Assembly: GCF_009914755.1 (NCBI RefSeq)
Contig: NC_060938.1
Origin: the human T2T-CHM13v2.0 reference genome, Homo sapiens
DNA: 64,000 nucleotides
Direction: 5' to 3' (one strand)
Each line of letters opens with the position of its first letter. Within the stretch, counting starts at the first letter, position 1. A program made the position numbers and the translations under genes. The notes below the pieces were generated by a model. That model was not told the origin of the DNA. It saw only the letters and a list, made by a program, of their open reading frames with translations, and made no database searches. This document shows, piece by piece, positions 33,484 through 51,235 of the stretch.

Positions 33484-34197
33484 TCAGTCACTCAGTGGAA
33501 CATTTTGGCATCCTCCCCATTTGTGGTCAACTTGGACTGGGGCACATTTCAGTAGAACTGGGAGACATCTGAGGAATGGTTGCTGAACATCTTTTCCACT
33601 AGAATCCTCCTAGAATCAGTCTCTCAATTATGTGATACTGATTCTTCAACCAGGGAGACAAGTGCCTGCCCCCATCCACCCCATCCCCACCCCAGCCACA
33701 CTGAGCATGCACCCAAAGGCACCACTGTGGGACCTGCCATAGCAACAGCTGAACAGCTGGAGAGTTGCACCAATAGGCAGTCCATCACCAAGACTCAACG
33801 CGGCTGGACCATGGGGCTCCCCGTTAGTGAAACACCCGCCTCTTCTAGACTTACCCTGTGTTTCCTACTCTGGGGGACTGTTAGTGATGTGCCCGCGGTG
33901 CAGAAGGATTTCCTCCTTACCTCGTGATTGAAAGAAACAGGACACATCCCCTCTACCACGGTCTCAGTACTGTCCTCCATTCACATGCTTTTTCTTTGTT
34001 TTCCCCTGACTAAATAGAGAATGGAGGAAAGATACTCAAATGACAAGGAAAGAGGGGAGGAGGCAAATTATCAGAGACACGTGCATTTGAGGGCTGGGAA
34101 CCACAGGAAACAATTCTGATGGTAATTGATGTTGACACAAAATGACCCACAGTACCATTTCAGGTTGTCCTTAGTGTCCTGGCCACCACCTTCATGA

Positions 34198-35045
<848 letters not shown>

Positions 35046-35458
35046 AGATCTGCCTTGCAGGAAGGATCAGAGAGAGTGCCTGCCAACCAAAGACAAAGAG
35101 ACGCCATACCCCAGGTCTCTCACATATCAGGACTTATAGGGTCTCCTTTTTTACCTAACTATACACTTAAGACCCCTCTAAGACTGCCTTGTAGACAGCA
35201 GGGGAAGAAGGGCTCTGTCAACAGGACAGGGGAGAGTTGACCCTGTAGTTCTAAATTAGCAGACTTGAAAAAGATTGTTTGAAAGGAGTAGTAATAATAT
35301 ACATTGGAAAGATGTCACTAAATCTGTCCAGAAAATTATTTTGAATCTACAAAGGGATACCGTTTGTCCAGTGGAGTGAAACACTGAAAGAGACCTCTTT
35401 GTTAATTGAGGTTTTTAACTTCTAGAACATGTGGCATGACGTTCTTTTGATTATGGAG

Positions 35459-36426
35459 TGTAGGGGTGGGTTGCCCCTACACACCTGTGGGTGTTTCTCG
35501 TAAGGTGGGACGAGAGATTTGGAAAAGAAAAAGACACAGAGACAAAGTATAGAGAAAGAAATAAGGGGACCCGGGGAACCAGCGTTCAGCATATGGAGGA
35601 TCCCGCCAGCCTCTGAGTTCCCTTAGTATTTATTGATCATCTGTGGGTGTTTCTCGAAGAGGGGGATGTGTCAGGGTCACAAGACAATTGTGGGGAGAGG
35701 GTCAGCAGACAAACACGTGAACAAAGGTCTTTGCATCATAGACAATGTAAAGGATTAAGTGCTGTGCTTTTAGATATGCATACACATAAATATCTCAATG
35801 CTTTACAAAGCAGTATTGCTGCCCGCAGGTCCCACCTCCAGCCCTAAGGCGGTTTTTCCCTATCTCAGTAGATGGAGCATACAATCGGGTTTTATACCGA
35901 GACATTCCATTGCCCAGGGACAGGCAGGAGACAGATGCCTTCCTCTTGTCTCAACTGCAAGAGGCATTCCTTCCTCTTTTACTAATCCTCCTCAGCACAG
36001 ACCCTTTACGGGTGTCGGGCTGGGGGACGGTCAGGTCTTTCCCTTCCCACGAGGCCATATTTCAGACTATCACATGGGGAGAAACCTTGGACAATACCTG
36101 GCTTTCCTAGGCAGAGGTCCCTGCGGCCTTCCGCAGTGTTTGTGTCCCTGGGTACTTGAGATTAGGGAGTGGTGATGACTCTTAAGGAGCATGCTGCCTT
36201 CAAGCATCTGTTTAACAAAGCACATCTTGCACCACCCTTAATCCATTTAACTCTGAGTTGACACAGCACATGTTTCAGAGAGCACGGGGTTGGGGGTAAG
36301 GTTATAGATTAACAGAATCTCAAGGCAGAAGAATTTTTCTTAGTACATAACAAAATGGAGTCTCCTATGTCTACTTATTTCTACACAGACACAGTAACAA
36401 TCTGATCTCTCTTGCTTTTCCGCACA
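35459..36426 (-). mobile_element. HERV-K(HML-2) solo LTR, LTR5_Hs type, full length
   Basis: Minus strand starts TGTGCGGAAAAGCAAGAGAGATCAGATTG and ends GGGGCAACCCACCCCTACA; 968 bp; TSD ATGGAG at 35453-35458 and 36427-36432; TATAAAA 35896-35890; AATAAA 35634-35629. Confidence 0.95.
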
Positions 36427-36928
36427 ATGGAGGGCTACCCCAGGCATTGACTTTCACCTGGCAGAGAGGGGAAGCGAGCAAATAGAGGATCGCATGAAAG
36501 GTTTTAAAGGGTCAGGTCTAGGTGTAGTGGATATCACATCTTCCACTTTTTATTGGCCAGCACCCACTCACAAGCCTCTGCCTAAATGCAAAGGAGACTG
36601 CTGAGCAGCCACTTCCCAGCTGCAACTCTCCCTGTGGAAGGGGAGCCAGTCTCTGGTGGACAGCTCATGTTTCTACCACATACAAAGAAGCTTCAAAGTG
36701 GCTCCAACCCTAGCTGTGAGTCAGCATCACTTGTGGAGCTTTGACAAAATGCATGTGCCTGGGCCCCAGCCCCACAGATTCTGATTTAGTTGGTTGGGCT
36801 GGTGCCTGGGAGAATCTGGATTTTCGAAGGCTCCACCAATGATCCCAGTGCACAGCCAGGCTTGAGAGTCACTGGTATGCCTTACAGTGTACACCTCTGG
36901 CATTGCCTCTCAACAGTTTAAAAAAAAC

Positions 36929-37220
<292 letters not shown>

Positions 37221-38034
37221 AAATAAAAAATCATTTCTTAGAGTTTTCAAGGTGAACAATGTTGTTTAGTTGGCTTCCATTTTGTATCTGCTGGTAAAAT
37301 ATTCACCATGATAAACCCAAAACAGGACTGTGAGTCAATACTTTTGCACAGGTTTTCAGTAATAGAGTATATGTAATGATTAATAATATATAATGTAATT
37401 TATTTCATATCAACATACAACACAATAAAATAATGCAGCCATGTAGTATTGATGATTTATTGATTTCTGAGAAGCTCACAGCTGTTCTTTGTGCCATGAA
37501 ATCATTGTACTGCATTTAGAAAGCTATTCTTTTGTTTTTTATGATTGGAAACATTTTATATTCCATTTTGTGTAATACAGAACATTTTAAAATACATTTC
37601 ACAATTTCTAAATTTCGATATAATTATTAAAAAATGATTACTTCAGACTAGTCTCTTACAAATGTTACTAAACACAAATATTATACATAAAAGGCCATCT
37701 TCATTAAATAGATTAGAATGAATTACTCCTTCAGCTACATTCCCACTGTAAGAGAATACATTCTTGGGGAATATATTCTGTGTATATGTATTATGTCTTA
37801 TTTTATGTTTTTATCATTTATATATATTTTTCATTTTTAATCTTTTCTACTTAATAGATTTATTTATATTTATACTTTTATTTTATACTCATTTTTATTT
37901 ACATGGTCTCTGTAGTTATTAGATAGTGAGCTCTTGAAAGATAAGGCTAGTATTATGTTCATTGTCATTATCATCTACAATTATGTTACACAAACAAGCA
38001 CTCAAATGTTCATTACAATGACTGGAAATCATTT

Positions 38035-39960
38035 GAACCATTTAACTTATTCAGTGTCTATTATGTCAGGGAGTACAGCAATGAATAAAACAGACCAAAA
38101 AAAAAAAAAAAATCCCTGCCCCATAAAGCTTACATTTTGGTGGAGAAAGACAGATAGTAAACAAATCAATACACAAAATATAAAGTCTCTGATCTAGTGA
38201 TGAGAAAAATAAAGCAGGGGAGTGAGATTAAGCTATTACCAAAGGGGGTGGCACTCCCATTTTACATGGGGAGGAAGGAAAGATCTCAAGAAAAGGGAAA
38301 TTGGGGTTAGATTAAAGAATTTGGGCCAGGCATGGTGGCTCATGCCTGTAATCCCAGCACTTTGGGAGGCTGATGTGGGAGGACTGCTTGATTCTAGCAG
38401 TTCGAGACCAGCGCGGGGAACACAGGAAGACCTCATCACTATAAAAATTTTTAGAAAAAATAAATTATAAAAAAAAGAAAAAGAAAAAAAGAATTTGAGT
38501 AAAAACTATAAGAAGGGAGGGCAATCCGTGTCTATGTCTGGGGCGGAGCTCTGCAGGGAGAGGCAACACAAGCATCAGTGCTCTGAGGCTGCAGCAGGAG
38601 AGGTGTACACAGAACAGCAGGGAGGCCAGTGTCAAGGCAGTGAGCAAGCTGGAGAGTGCAAGGGAAGGGGCCAGAGAGGTGAATGGGGTTCTCTAGGCCA
38701 CCTTGACTTTGAGATGAGAAGAGAGCTTTGAGTGAAGGGGTGGCTTTGCTTACATTTTTAAAAGTTCAGTCTGGCTTTTTCATTTTGTCTTGGATCTTTG
38801 AGGCTGCTAGAACAGAATCCCATACACTGGGTACCTTGTCAACAACAGAAATAAAGTCCAACATCAAGGCACCTGCAGATTCGGTGTCTGGTGAGGGCCT
38901 GCTTCCTGGCTCATAGGTGATGCCTTCTCTATGTGTCCTTATATGGCAGAAGGAGTGAGGGAGCTCTGTGGGGTCTCTTTTATAAGGACATGAATCCCAT
39001 TTATGGCAGCTCGGCCCTCATGACCCAAACACCTACCAAAGGCTCCACCTTCAAACACCTTCATATTGGGGATTAGGTTTCAACATATGACTACTGGGGG
39101 CACCTAAACATTCAGTCTATAGCAAGTTTGTATTAGGGTACAGGGGGACAAGAGTGAAAAGAGGGAGAACAGTTAAGAGATTAGTGTAAGAATCCAAGTA
39201 ACAGATGATGGTGGCTTGGACCAGGACACTGGCAGTGGGATTGGTAAGCAGTGATCAGATGCTAGATATATTTAGAACAGAACTTACAAGGAGTGAGAAA
39301 AAGAGAGGCAGCAAGAATGATTCCAAGGTATTTGGAGTAACTGGAAGGATGGAGTTATCATAATAGAGATCGGGGAGACTGAGTGCACAAGTTTGGAAGG
39401 GAAGACCAGCAGCTCTGTTGTGGATATGTTAAGTTTGAGATGCCTATTGGAGATCTAAGTGGAAATGCAAATAGACATTAGACATGAACTCTGGAGTTCA
39501 GGAGAGATCCAGGTTGGAGATACAAATTAGGGAGTTTTCAACCTATAAGTGTTATTTAAAACATTGAGACTGCCTGAGCTGACAGGGAAGTTAGTGCAGA
39601 CAGATAAGAAGTCTGAGGACTGAATCCTGGGGTACCCCAAGCTAAGGTATCCAAGATATTAGAAAGGCAAGGAAGGAGGAAAACCAGTGTGAGGCACCAC
39701 AAGGACAATGTGTTTCAAGAAGGGAAATGATCAACTGTGCAAATATTGCTGGGAAGTCAAGAAGGAAGACTTGAGATCAGGACTGAGACCTGGCCCTTGG
39801 ATTTGGCGATATGGAATTTAATGGAGAGTTGATAAGAAACGATTGGAAAACCTGATTAGAATGGGCTTGAGAGAGTTGGAAGAGAGGACCTGGAGACGTT
39901 AGTAGTAGCAAATCTTTCAAGGGTCTCCGCCAATGAGTCATCGGGAGGTAGCTGGAGAAG
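38035..39960 (-). mobile_element. L2 remnant interrupted by an Alu monomer (38323-38490) and a MaLR LTR (38787-39124)
   Basis: L2 motifs (gatgatggtggcttggacca, gttaagtttgagatgccta); MaLR end acattcagtctatagca. Confidence 0.65.
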
Positions 39961-40007
39961 GAGTGGAATCAAGAGGGTTAGAGATGCACCCCCCCCCACC
40001 CCCTCAT

Positions 40008-40499
<492 letters not shown>

Positions 40500-42433
40500 T
40501 CATTCCATCTAGGGGAATAGGAGGGACAGGACCGCCGAGTAGGAGGGCACAGATGATGGTGGGCAGTAAACTTGGGGAGGAAGTTAATTACCTAGCGGGA
40601 TAATAGATGAGTTCTTTCCATTTTCCAAATGTTCCAATATGTATTACTACACAGTTTCACAAGATATTAAAGGAAACAATTCATTCCGACATACGGCTTG
40701 TATGAGTGAAAACAGGGAGAACGGTGAGAGCAGTTTTAAAACTTACTCCCTAAACGCACTCCAGGGTCGGAAGCGACCTCTAGGGGTTCATTTAGACCAT
40801 TACTTTTTTCTTTTTCTTGCTCTTAAAAGTATAAAACAGCACGGTCCACATTTAATATTATTTTTAAAGAAACACGATCAGTTTAATTTAGAAAAGAGTA
40901 TCAGGCATGTGAGTAAAATAAACATAAACCATCTGCAGTCCAAGCTGGAGTTGCTATTATCATGACTAAGAGTTTTCTCTCTAAATATATCATTCTCTAT
41001 AGCACCATTAATATTTATGTTCATTCTGCTTCTTGAATGAGTGGTTTTATTAAACCAAGAGGAGGGACAACTAGTGGGCTATTTGATCCAGGTCTTCTTG
41101 ATGCTTACATGGAGTACAAACCCCACATATTTTTCATTGCTGGTTTCACTTGATTTGGTGTTGTCACTGGGTTTCCTCTGCCTGGGATGTTCTCATCCCC
41201 TGGATTAATTAACTCACTTCCTCATGGGAGTCTTTCCAGACCTTCCAGGCTACCTTAGGGTCCCCCCATCATGCAAGCTCACACACTCCATGCTTCTTTC
41301 TGCCTCATCCCATTTCTCCCAACTGTCATGAAAGAGTCAATTCTGTCATTACTGTTTAATGTTTTTTCTGGTAAGTCATGAGACCCATAATGGCAGAGAC
41401 TGTGTCTGGCTTGTTCACTGCTGTCTCCTTAGCACTTAGCTCAGTGCCCAGCACTTACCCTGTACTCAATAAACATTAATTGAATGAGAACACACTATCC
41501 TGCCGGAGACTCTTGCCCATGTTCCTATTCACATCTTTTGGATCCCACTGCAGAGGAGACTGAATTTCAGAGATGAATTTTTATTTCTAAAATACAGTTT
41601 GCAATTGCTTTAGGTGCATCTGTGACAGATGCAACAATTTGTCACAAAACTGTCCCAGCTATTCTTTCAATAGCACAGTCTTCAGGATTGAAGCGTTAAG
41701 TTTCCAGCTCTCCTGCAAAGAAACTCTTTGTGACAAAGGCTGAATCCTTAGATATAACCCTGACCTTATCAGACCATTTATTTCCCAAAATATAACTAAG
41801 GGAAAGACAGTAAGATGCCAATACAGGGGGCAGTATAATGAGACCATTTCACATTGTGCAGCCTTATCCATGGGTCCTAACCCATACTGTCCCCTTATTT
41901 CCAGATTTGGTAATATTCTGGTGCCTCTAGGTCTTAGTTCAGCAACAGTACCACTAAAATGGACATGGTGGTAGTATTTATCCACCTGAGGTCTTTAGGC
42001 CAGCCCAGCCTCATCTTTGAAATTTTTGTGAGTGCTTCTATTTACTACCAGAGACTGAGAACAGGGGAATGGCTGGTTGTCAAATGTCACTCTGGTCTAT
42101 AATCCCTGGATCCTAGACATGTGACATGGAATGGAGTGGGAACAGAGTGAAGTGCTCTGAGCAGGAAGTAAAGCTTGTCTCCAAGTGTACCCGGAATGTC
42201 TGTTATCATACCTTCTATAATCTCCTACATACAACTCCCCCAGTTTAATCTCTTGGTATTATAATTTTTGGTGTAGTACTTTTGATGCATGCCCTAAAAT
42301 AAATTCTCTTCTATTGCTTGTCCAAAGGTAGCAGCGTTTTCCTAAAAATCACAACTTTAAACTTGGTTGTTCTGGAGGCAAGTGTGATGAGTAAGTCCAC
42401 TCCATAAGAATCAATAAGAATTTCTTTTATTCT

Positions 42434-42822
<389 letters not shown>

Positions 42823-43825
42823 CACATGTCTTCTAAAAGCTGCTGTTTCTTCCTTTTTCAGGAGTTCTTTCCCATACTGTTCTTCTGGATGACTCCTCGT
42901 CATCCTTCGGATCTCAAATGAAAGGTCATTTAGAGAGGCTTGGCCTGACCATACAATTCAATTAGTTTCTTACCCCTTTAGTCTCTCTCATAGACCCTGT
43001 TATTTTCCTTCATCTCATTTATCACAAGTCTTCATATATTTATTGCGTTGGATACATTCAATTCTGTCGATTTTCTTAGAATGTAAGGTTTCCAAGGGAA
43101 GGGACTTCGTTTTGTTCACTTTTGTATTCCTAGAACCTAGCACAATGCCTGACACATAGCAGGTGTTCCATAAATATCTGCGGACTGACTGTCTATTTCA
43201 CTTATCCTTGTTCCTTGTACTGCATTTCAGTTCTCGCTACTGCAGTGTAACCTCCAAGAGACAGGAGAAAATCATAATACCCCCCTCCCTCCATCACTGA
43301 GTGATACTGAGACGGCGTCCTTGCACGTTTGAGCAGCTGCTGCCTTCTCCTGGGAGGCTGTCAAGTACCCCAAGGTGCACAATAATTCTTTTAGTAATTG
43401 CCTGACTGAGGCAAATCAGTAGAGCTGTCAGAAATGCTTTCAAACTTAACATTCATTGGGTTCTTGGGCACCTGAAATTGCAAACAATTGCATTACAATT
43501 AAGTGAGAATTAGCAGAATGTTACAGTTCTTTAACAATTTGCGTAACAAACCGAGGCGTCCTACGCCATCTCGCTGAAATGAAATTCGGATGTAGACACC
43601 CTTGCGCTTCAGGACTCTACGCTCTTGCAGCAGCTCCTCTGCCCAATGGGGGGCGGCAGCATCTCAGTAACTCACTCGAAAGACGGGTAGGCGGGAGGAG
43701 ACATTCGCGTTCAAAATCTTTTTGCCTCTATCCGCTCGCCGTAGCGCTTTAGCCCGCTCGAGTTTCAATGCGCGTTGTTGCTTAACGAAGCAGAGTCCTA
43801 CACACTGTCTGCTGCTCTCCTGATC

Positions 43826-43969
43826 ATGGCTTCTCCGAGTTCTTTCACCTACTATTGCCCTCCATCTTCCTCCCCCGTCTGGTCAGAGCCGCTGTACAGT
43901 CTGAGGCCCGAGCACGCGCGAGAGCGGTTGCAGGACGACTCGGTGGAAACAGTCACGTCCATAGAACAG
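43826..43969 (+). CDS. FNTB: FNTB coding exon 1 (protein farnesyltransferase beta subunit)
   Basis: atcATGg; MASPSSFTYYCPPSSSPVWSEPLYSLRPEHARERLQDDSVETVTSIEQ; donor CAG|GTGAG; 144 nt. Confidence 0.97.
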
Positions 43970-44064
43970 GTGAGGTGGCAGGACTGGGCGAGGCGCCCGC
44001 GCGATGTGTTCTGGGAGCGCGAGTCCCGTTCGTAGGGCCGCCCGGGTGCGGAACTCACCGGGGA

Positions 44065-44085
44065 ACTACGACTCCCACAGCGCAC
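44065..44085 (+). promoter_or_regulatory. ZNF143/THAP11-type (SBS) motif in FNTB intron 1
   Basis: ACTACG-ACT-CCCA-CAGCGCAC fits ACTAYRnnnCCCR. Confidence 0.6.
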
Positions 44086-45315
44086 CGCGGTGCCTTTCCT
44101 CTGGGAAGCTCCGGGCGCCCAGGCTTGGGCTTCGTCGTGGAGCGTTTGCGCGGCCAGCTTGGGGAAGGGTCGTTTCAAGGTTGGGCTTGGAGGAGAGGGC
44201 AGTAGCCGAGTCCCCTCTGCCCTAAAGAACGAGAAGAATCGTGTTCTATGCCTGGAGGACAGAGGCAGCCCGTGCGGGTCGGACAGCCCACTCTGTTCTG
44301 CCAGTACTTCGGGAGGTTCTGGGGTGCATAGTGCACTTTTCCCAACCTGCCCTCAGCTTCTGGAGGCAGAGAGCAGGGCCAGGCTGCTGTCATGCCGTTT
44401 CACGATCTGTTTAATTTTTGACCTACAGTGCCAGGTTTGGGGGCCCGCCTCGTGGGTGGGCATTTTGGTAGTCATTCAGCCATTTGAGCACCAGCTACGT
44501 GTCGGACACAATATTAAACGATGGAAGTACAAGGAAATAAAACAGCTCCTGACCAGGAGCCTGGTTGGGGGACAGGCAGGAAAACAGTTTGGAAAGTGAT
44601 CTAATAGAAAGAATGGATTTTGGACTACTAATCATTCCCTAAGGCCTAGAAGTAGGATCGAACCTATCATTTTGAAAAGTGTTTGGCGAATGAGTATATA
44701 TTCATATGCCCAAAACCATAGTTTTGTTTTTCTTCTTATTCCCTAATTGGAATTGTTCCCAAGGTTGCTATGTGGAACTGTTTATCCATCTGTCCCTAGG
44801 AGAAGTGGTTAGGATAATTCTTAACACTAATAAATGAACATTCTGCTGCTTACTGAAATAAGATCTCTTAGTGAGATCAGTCTCCAGGCTTTACCTTGGA
44901 GAGACCTGTTTTGTATTTCCTACTTTAAGTTGGAAGCCTGTACTTTGGCAAAATTAGTAACAATAATTGTTTTATTGTACAGTTATGACTAAATAGAATT
45001 ATAAATTTATAACAGAAACAAGGGCTTGATACGTGGTTATTCACAAAGTAGCAGAGAAAATATTTTAACTGGAGATTTAAACTTCATGGAATTTAGGGTA
45101 GCAAAGGAAATCCTCACCTCTCGAATCTAGCTAATTCTCCAGGTTGGTTTGCCTACCAGTGTGTCCCAGGGAAGGCTGACTGCAAAAGATTGTAAAGAAA
45201 TTTCCCATTGATGAAAAACCTACAGGATCTTTGCAGAATTCCTAAATGATGGATTGCTGAGTTGATTCAGGTCAAGTGTTTTACTTATTATCTGACCTTA
45301 GACTATGGGATTGCC

Positions 45316-46325
45316 TTTTTTTTTTTTTTTTTTTTTGAGATGGGGTCTCGCCCTGTTGCCAGGCTGGGATGCACTGGCTTACTGCACCCTCCGCCTCCCG
45401 GGTTCACGCCATTCGCCTGCCTCAGCCTCCAGAGTAGCTGAGACTACAGGCGCCCACCACCACGCCTGGCTAATTTTTGTATTTTAGTAGAGACAGGTTT
45501 CACCATGTGGCCAGGCTGGTTTTGAACTCCTGACCTCCAGTGATCTGCCCTCCTCGGCCTCCTAGAGTGCTGGGATTACAGTCGTGAGCCACTGCTCCTG
45601 GTGCGAGTATCTTTCAAATCTAGACCCAACGGTATGGCAGACAGTAAAGAATCTTATATTTCTTTTTCATGTTGTTATTCCAGCACACATTATTAGAGTC
45701 TAGGATGAACAGTTTCAGGTAGTAGGATGATAATGTTGTATCTCATTTTTGTGGCCTTCCTCACTGTTTTAATAATCATGTTAGTGACCATTTATTGAGT
45801 CTCAGCACAGTGCTAAATGCTCTCCATATGTGGTATCATTCAATCCTTTCACTTTTTATGGATGAGAAGACTGAGGTTTAGAGACCTACCACATTGGTAG
45901 GTTAATGATACATTCATCAAAAGTAACAACCTTGTTAGGAGGAGTTGTTTACAGAGGATATACTAGTACTCTTTCAGTTTTAACTAAAGCTTCCATTTAC
46001 TGATAGCTCAATTTTGTGCCATTGCCAGTAAAAACAAATTGATGGCTGACACCTGTAATCCCAGCACTTTGGGAGTTCGAGGCGGGAAGATCACCTGAGC
46101 CCAAGAGACCAACTTGGGCAACATAGCAAGACCCTGTCTCTACCAAAAAAAAAAAAAAAAAAAAAAGTAGCTGAGCGTGGTGGCATGCACCTGTAGTCCC
46201 AGCTACTTGGGAAGCTGAGGTGGGTGAATTGTTTTTGAGCTCAGAAGTTCACAGATGAGCCATGATCGAGCCACGGTACTCTAGCCTGGGCAACAGAGTA
46301 AAACCCTGTCTCTTAAAACAAAAAA
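45316..46325. mobile_element. Alus in FNTB intron 1 (-45316-45602; +46042-46325)
   Basis: Alu bodies visible. Confidence 0.85.
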
Positions 46326-46554
46326 CGACTATACTGATTTTGGTACTGGCCTGGGCAACATAGCAAGACCCTGTGTCTATTTAAGATGAAAGCTTTTCAA
46401 ATTAAAAAAAAAAACAAACAAAAAATAAATGCTTGTTACCTGCTTCCTATCTGATTATCAGAAGACTCGGTTTATTTGTTAAGCAATAATTTGGTAATAG
46501 GAGTTAAACCTATAAATAGTGGAAGGAGTCCTTAGCTGTGAGTCGTCTGTTCCA

Positions 46555-47770
46555 TTCGTTGATTCTCATTCATTCAGCAAATACTTGAGCGCCTTCTACG
46601 TGCCAGGCACTGTTCTAGACACTCGGCATAAGTTGTTAAACAAAAGAGGCCAAGTTGATGCCTTTATGAAACTGTTTCTAGGCCAATGAGGCAGTCAATT
46701 AAAAGAGTTAATATCTATAGCTATCTCAATATAAAATGTTAATTAGAAACGCTGTGGAGAGTAACACCTTGGGATAGAGGGGATAGGGTGTGTCAGGAAT
46801 GGGTGGGGTGGGAGCAGGGGAGGTCTTCATATAAGGTGTTAAGGGGAACCCTCTGGTGACAACACATGTGATCTGAGACCTGAAGTCTCAGATGAGGGAG
46901 GAAGCCATCATGGATCTGGTGCAAGAGTATTCTGGGCAGAGAAAGCAGCAAGCACAAAGGACCAAGGCAGCAGAATGCCAGGTGAGCAGGGGGCTTAGCA
47001 AACCAGAGAGTAGGAGATGGGTCGGATCATGTAGGGTCTCATTGGCCTTTGGAAGTACTTTAAAATACCCTGACTGAGATGGAGAGCCACTTGGCTGTAT
47101 ACCTGCCATTTACTGCCCCAGATTCACTTGGCCCTTTTCTAGCCTGCTCTGTAGATGTGCCCCAGGAGGGGGCCCTGCACTGACAGGTTGCCTTGCTTTA
47201 TGGCTGCGGGCCATGGGAAGTATTGCTGGGGGTGACCGAGAAGGAGAAGAATGAGACCACTGTATTTCTTCCCTCCTGCAGGCTTGTGTGGGGTGGGGTT
47301 TCCTTAGACTTAAGGTCACATTTCCTGTCATGTGCCTTCTCTGCGGAGCTCTTTGTCTCCCTCCCTCTCCATCCTTCACACCTTCAGGTCTATGAGGAGT
47401 TCAGGTACCCCTGATTTACCAGCTCCAGATACTGCATTTTCTCTTGTGGTTTCCCTACACCTGCCCACATCTTTGTAAATAGTTCCTTTATAAACTCTCC
47501 TCAAATCACCCACTTTGTGCCATCTGTTTCCTGCCAGGACTTAGACTGATCCATGATCAGAGAGTTTTGAGCAGGGGAGTGACACAGTCTGACTAGCATT
47601 TTAACAGGCTCATTTAGGTTACTGTCAAGAGTAGATGGTGGGGAGTGAGGGTGGATACAGGGAAACCAGTTAGGAGGCTATTGCAGTATCCTGGGAGAGA
47701 GGTGACGGTGGCTTAGCTCACAGTGACGGTAGTGGAGGTAATGAGAAATGGTCAGCTCTGGATATTTTTA
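46555..47770. mobile_element. L2 (-) interrupted by an ERVL-type LTR (LTR33-like, ~47095-47550)
   Basis: cattcattcagcaaatacttgagc...tgccaggcactg; LTR end catctgtttcctgccaggac...gactgat; L2 then resumes. Confidence 0.6.
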
Positions 47771-48191
47771 TGAAGGTCTCTACCTTGCTAAGCTGTTTTG
47801 TTAATGCAGATGCAGGGAGGGCCTTTCATGACACTAGAGAACAAGACATGGTTGTATTGTTAGTGCCTGCCTTCCTTATTGTGCCATCTGGAATCATCCC
47901 ATTGCAGACACTCTGATTCAGGCCAGTAGGTTAATACTGATAGTCTCAGAGGTAGCAGCCTTGCCAAAAACAGGTGTTTACAAAAGATACTACTGTTTTT
48001 CTTTGAGTTTGTCTTTGAACAGAGGCAAACGCGTCCTCCACTTTAAATGGCATGGTGTCATTGAACCATTGGCATGGTTCATTGTCAATGAAGTGACTTG
48101 AACTCTGAGGGGAATATAAGAGAATTATTAGTCTTGATCCCTGCCCTCAAAATTCTTTTATCTTAGAGAGATAAAAAAGAATATGCTGTAA

Positions 48192-51025
<2,834 letters not shown>

Positions 51026-51235
51026 CTAGTGATTGGATTTCTATTGATTAAATGAAAAACTCCATGAAATACCTTTTAAACAGAGCTGTCCAGAATGCAG
51101 GCATTTGGTTAGCTCTTCATTTATTTATTGCCATGGCACCTAAGTGTTGGGGACCCTAGTACAGTTACTTGATCCCTGGCCCCTAGAGTCTAACACAATC
51201 TCTCCATTACTGAACAATACAAACTAATATACATA

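Larger units (their letters stand above)
43540..44300 (+). promoter_or_regulatory. FNTB: FNTB CpG-island promoter with CCAAT box fused to a GC box
   Basis: CpG-rich; CCAAT 43643-43647 directly followed by GGGGGGCGG 43648-43656. Confidence 0.85.

Noticed and set aside
35647-36175. ORFs within the HERV-K LTR
   Set aside because: Antisense to a solo LTR; the TSDs directly flank the LTR, so no internal coding region exists
43768-43825. FNTB uORF MRVVA* (43768-43785) and in-frame TTG extension from 43775
   Set aside because: Weak context (tcaATGc), possibly at or near the cap site; the main ATG context is strong; cannot be supported without TSS data
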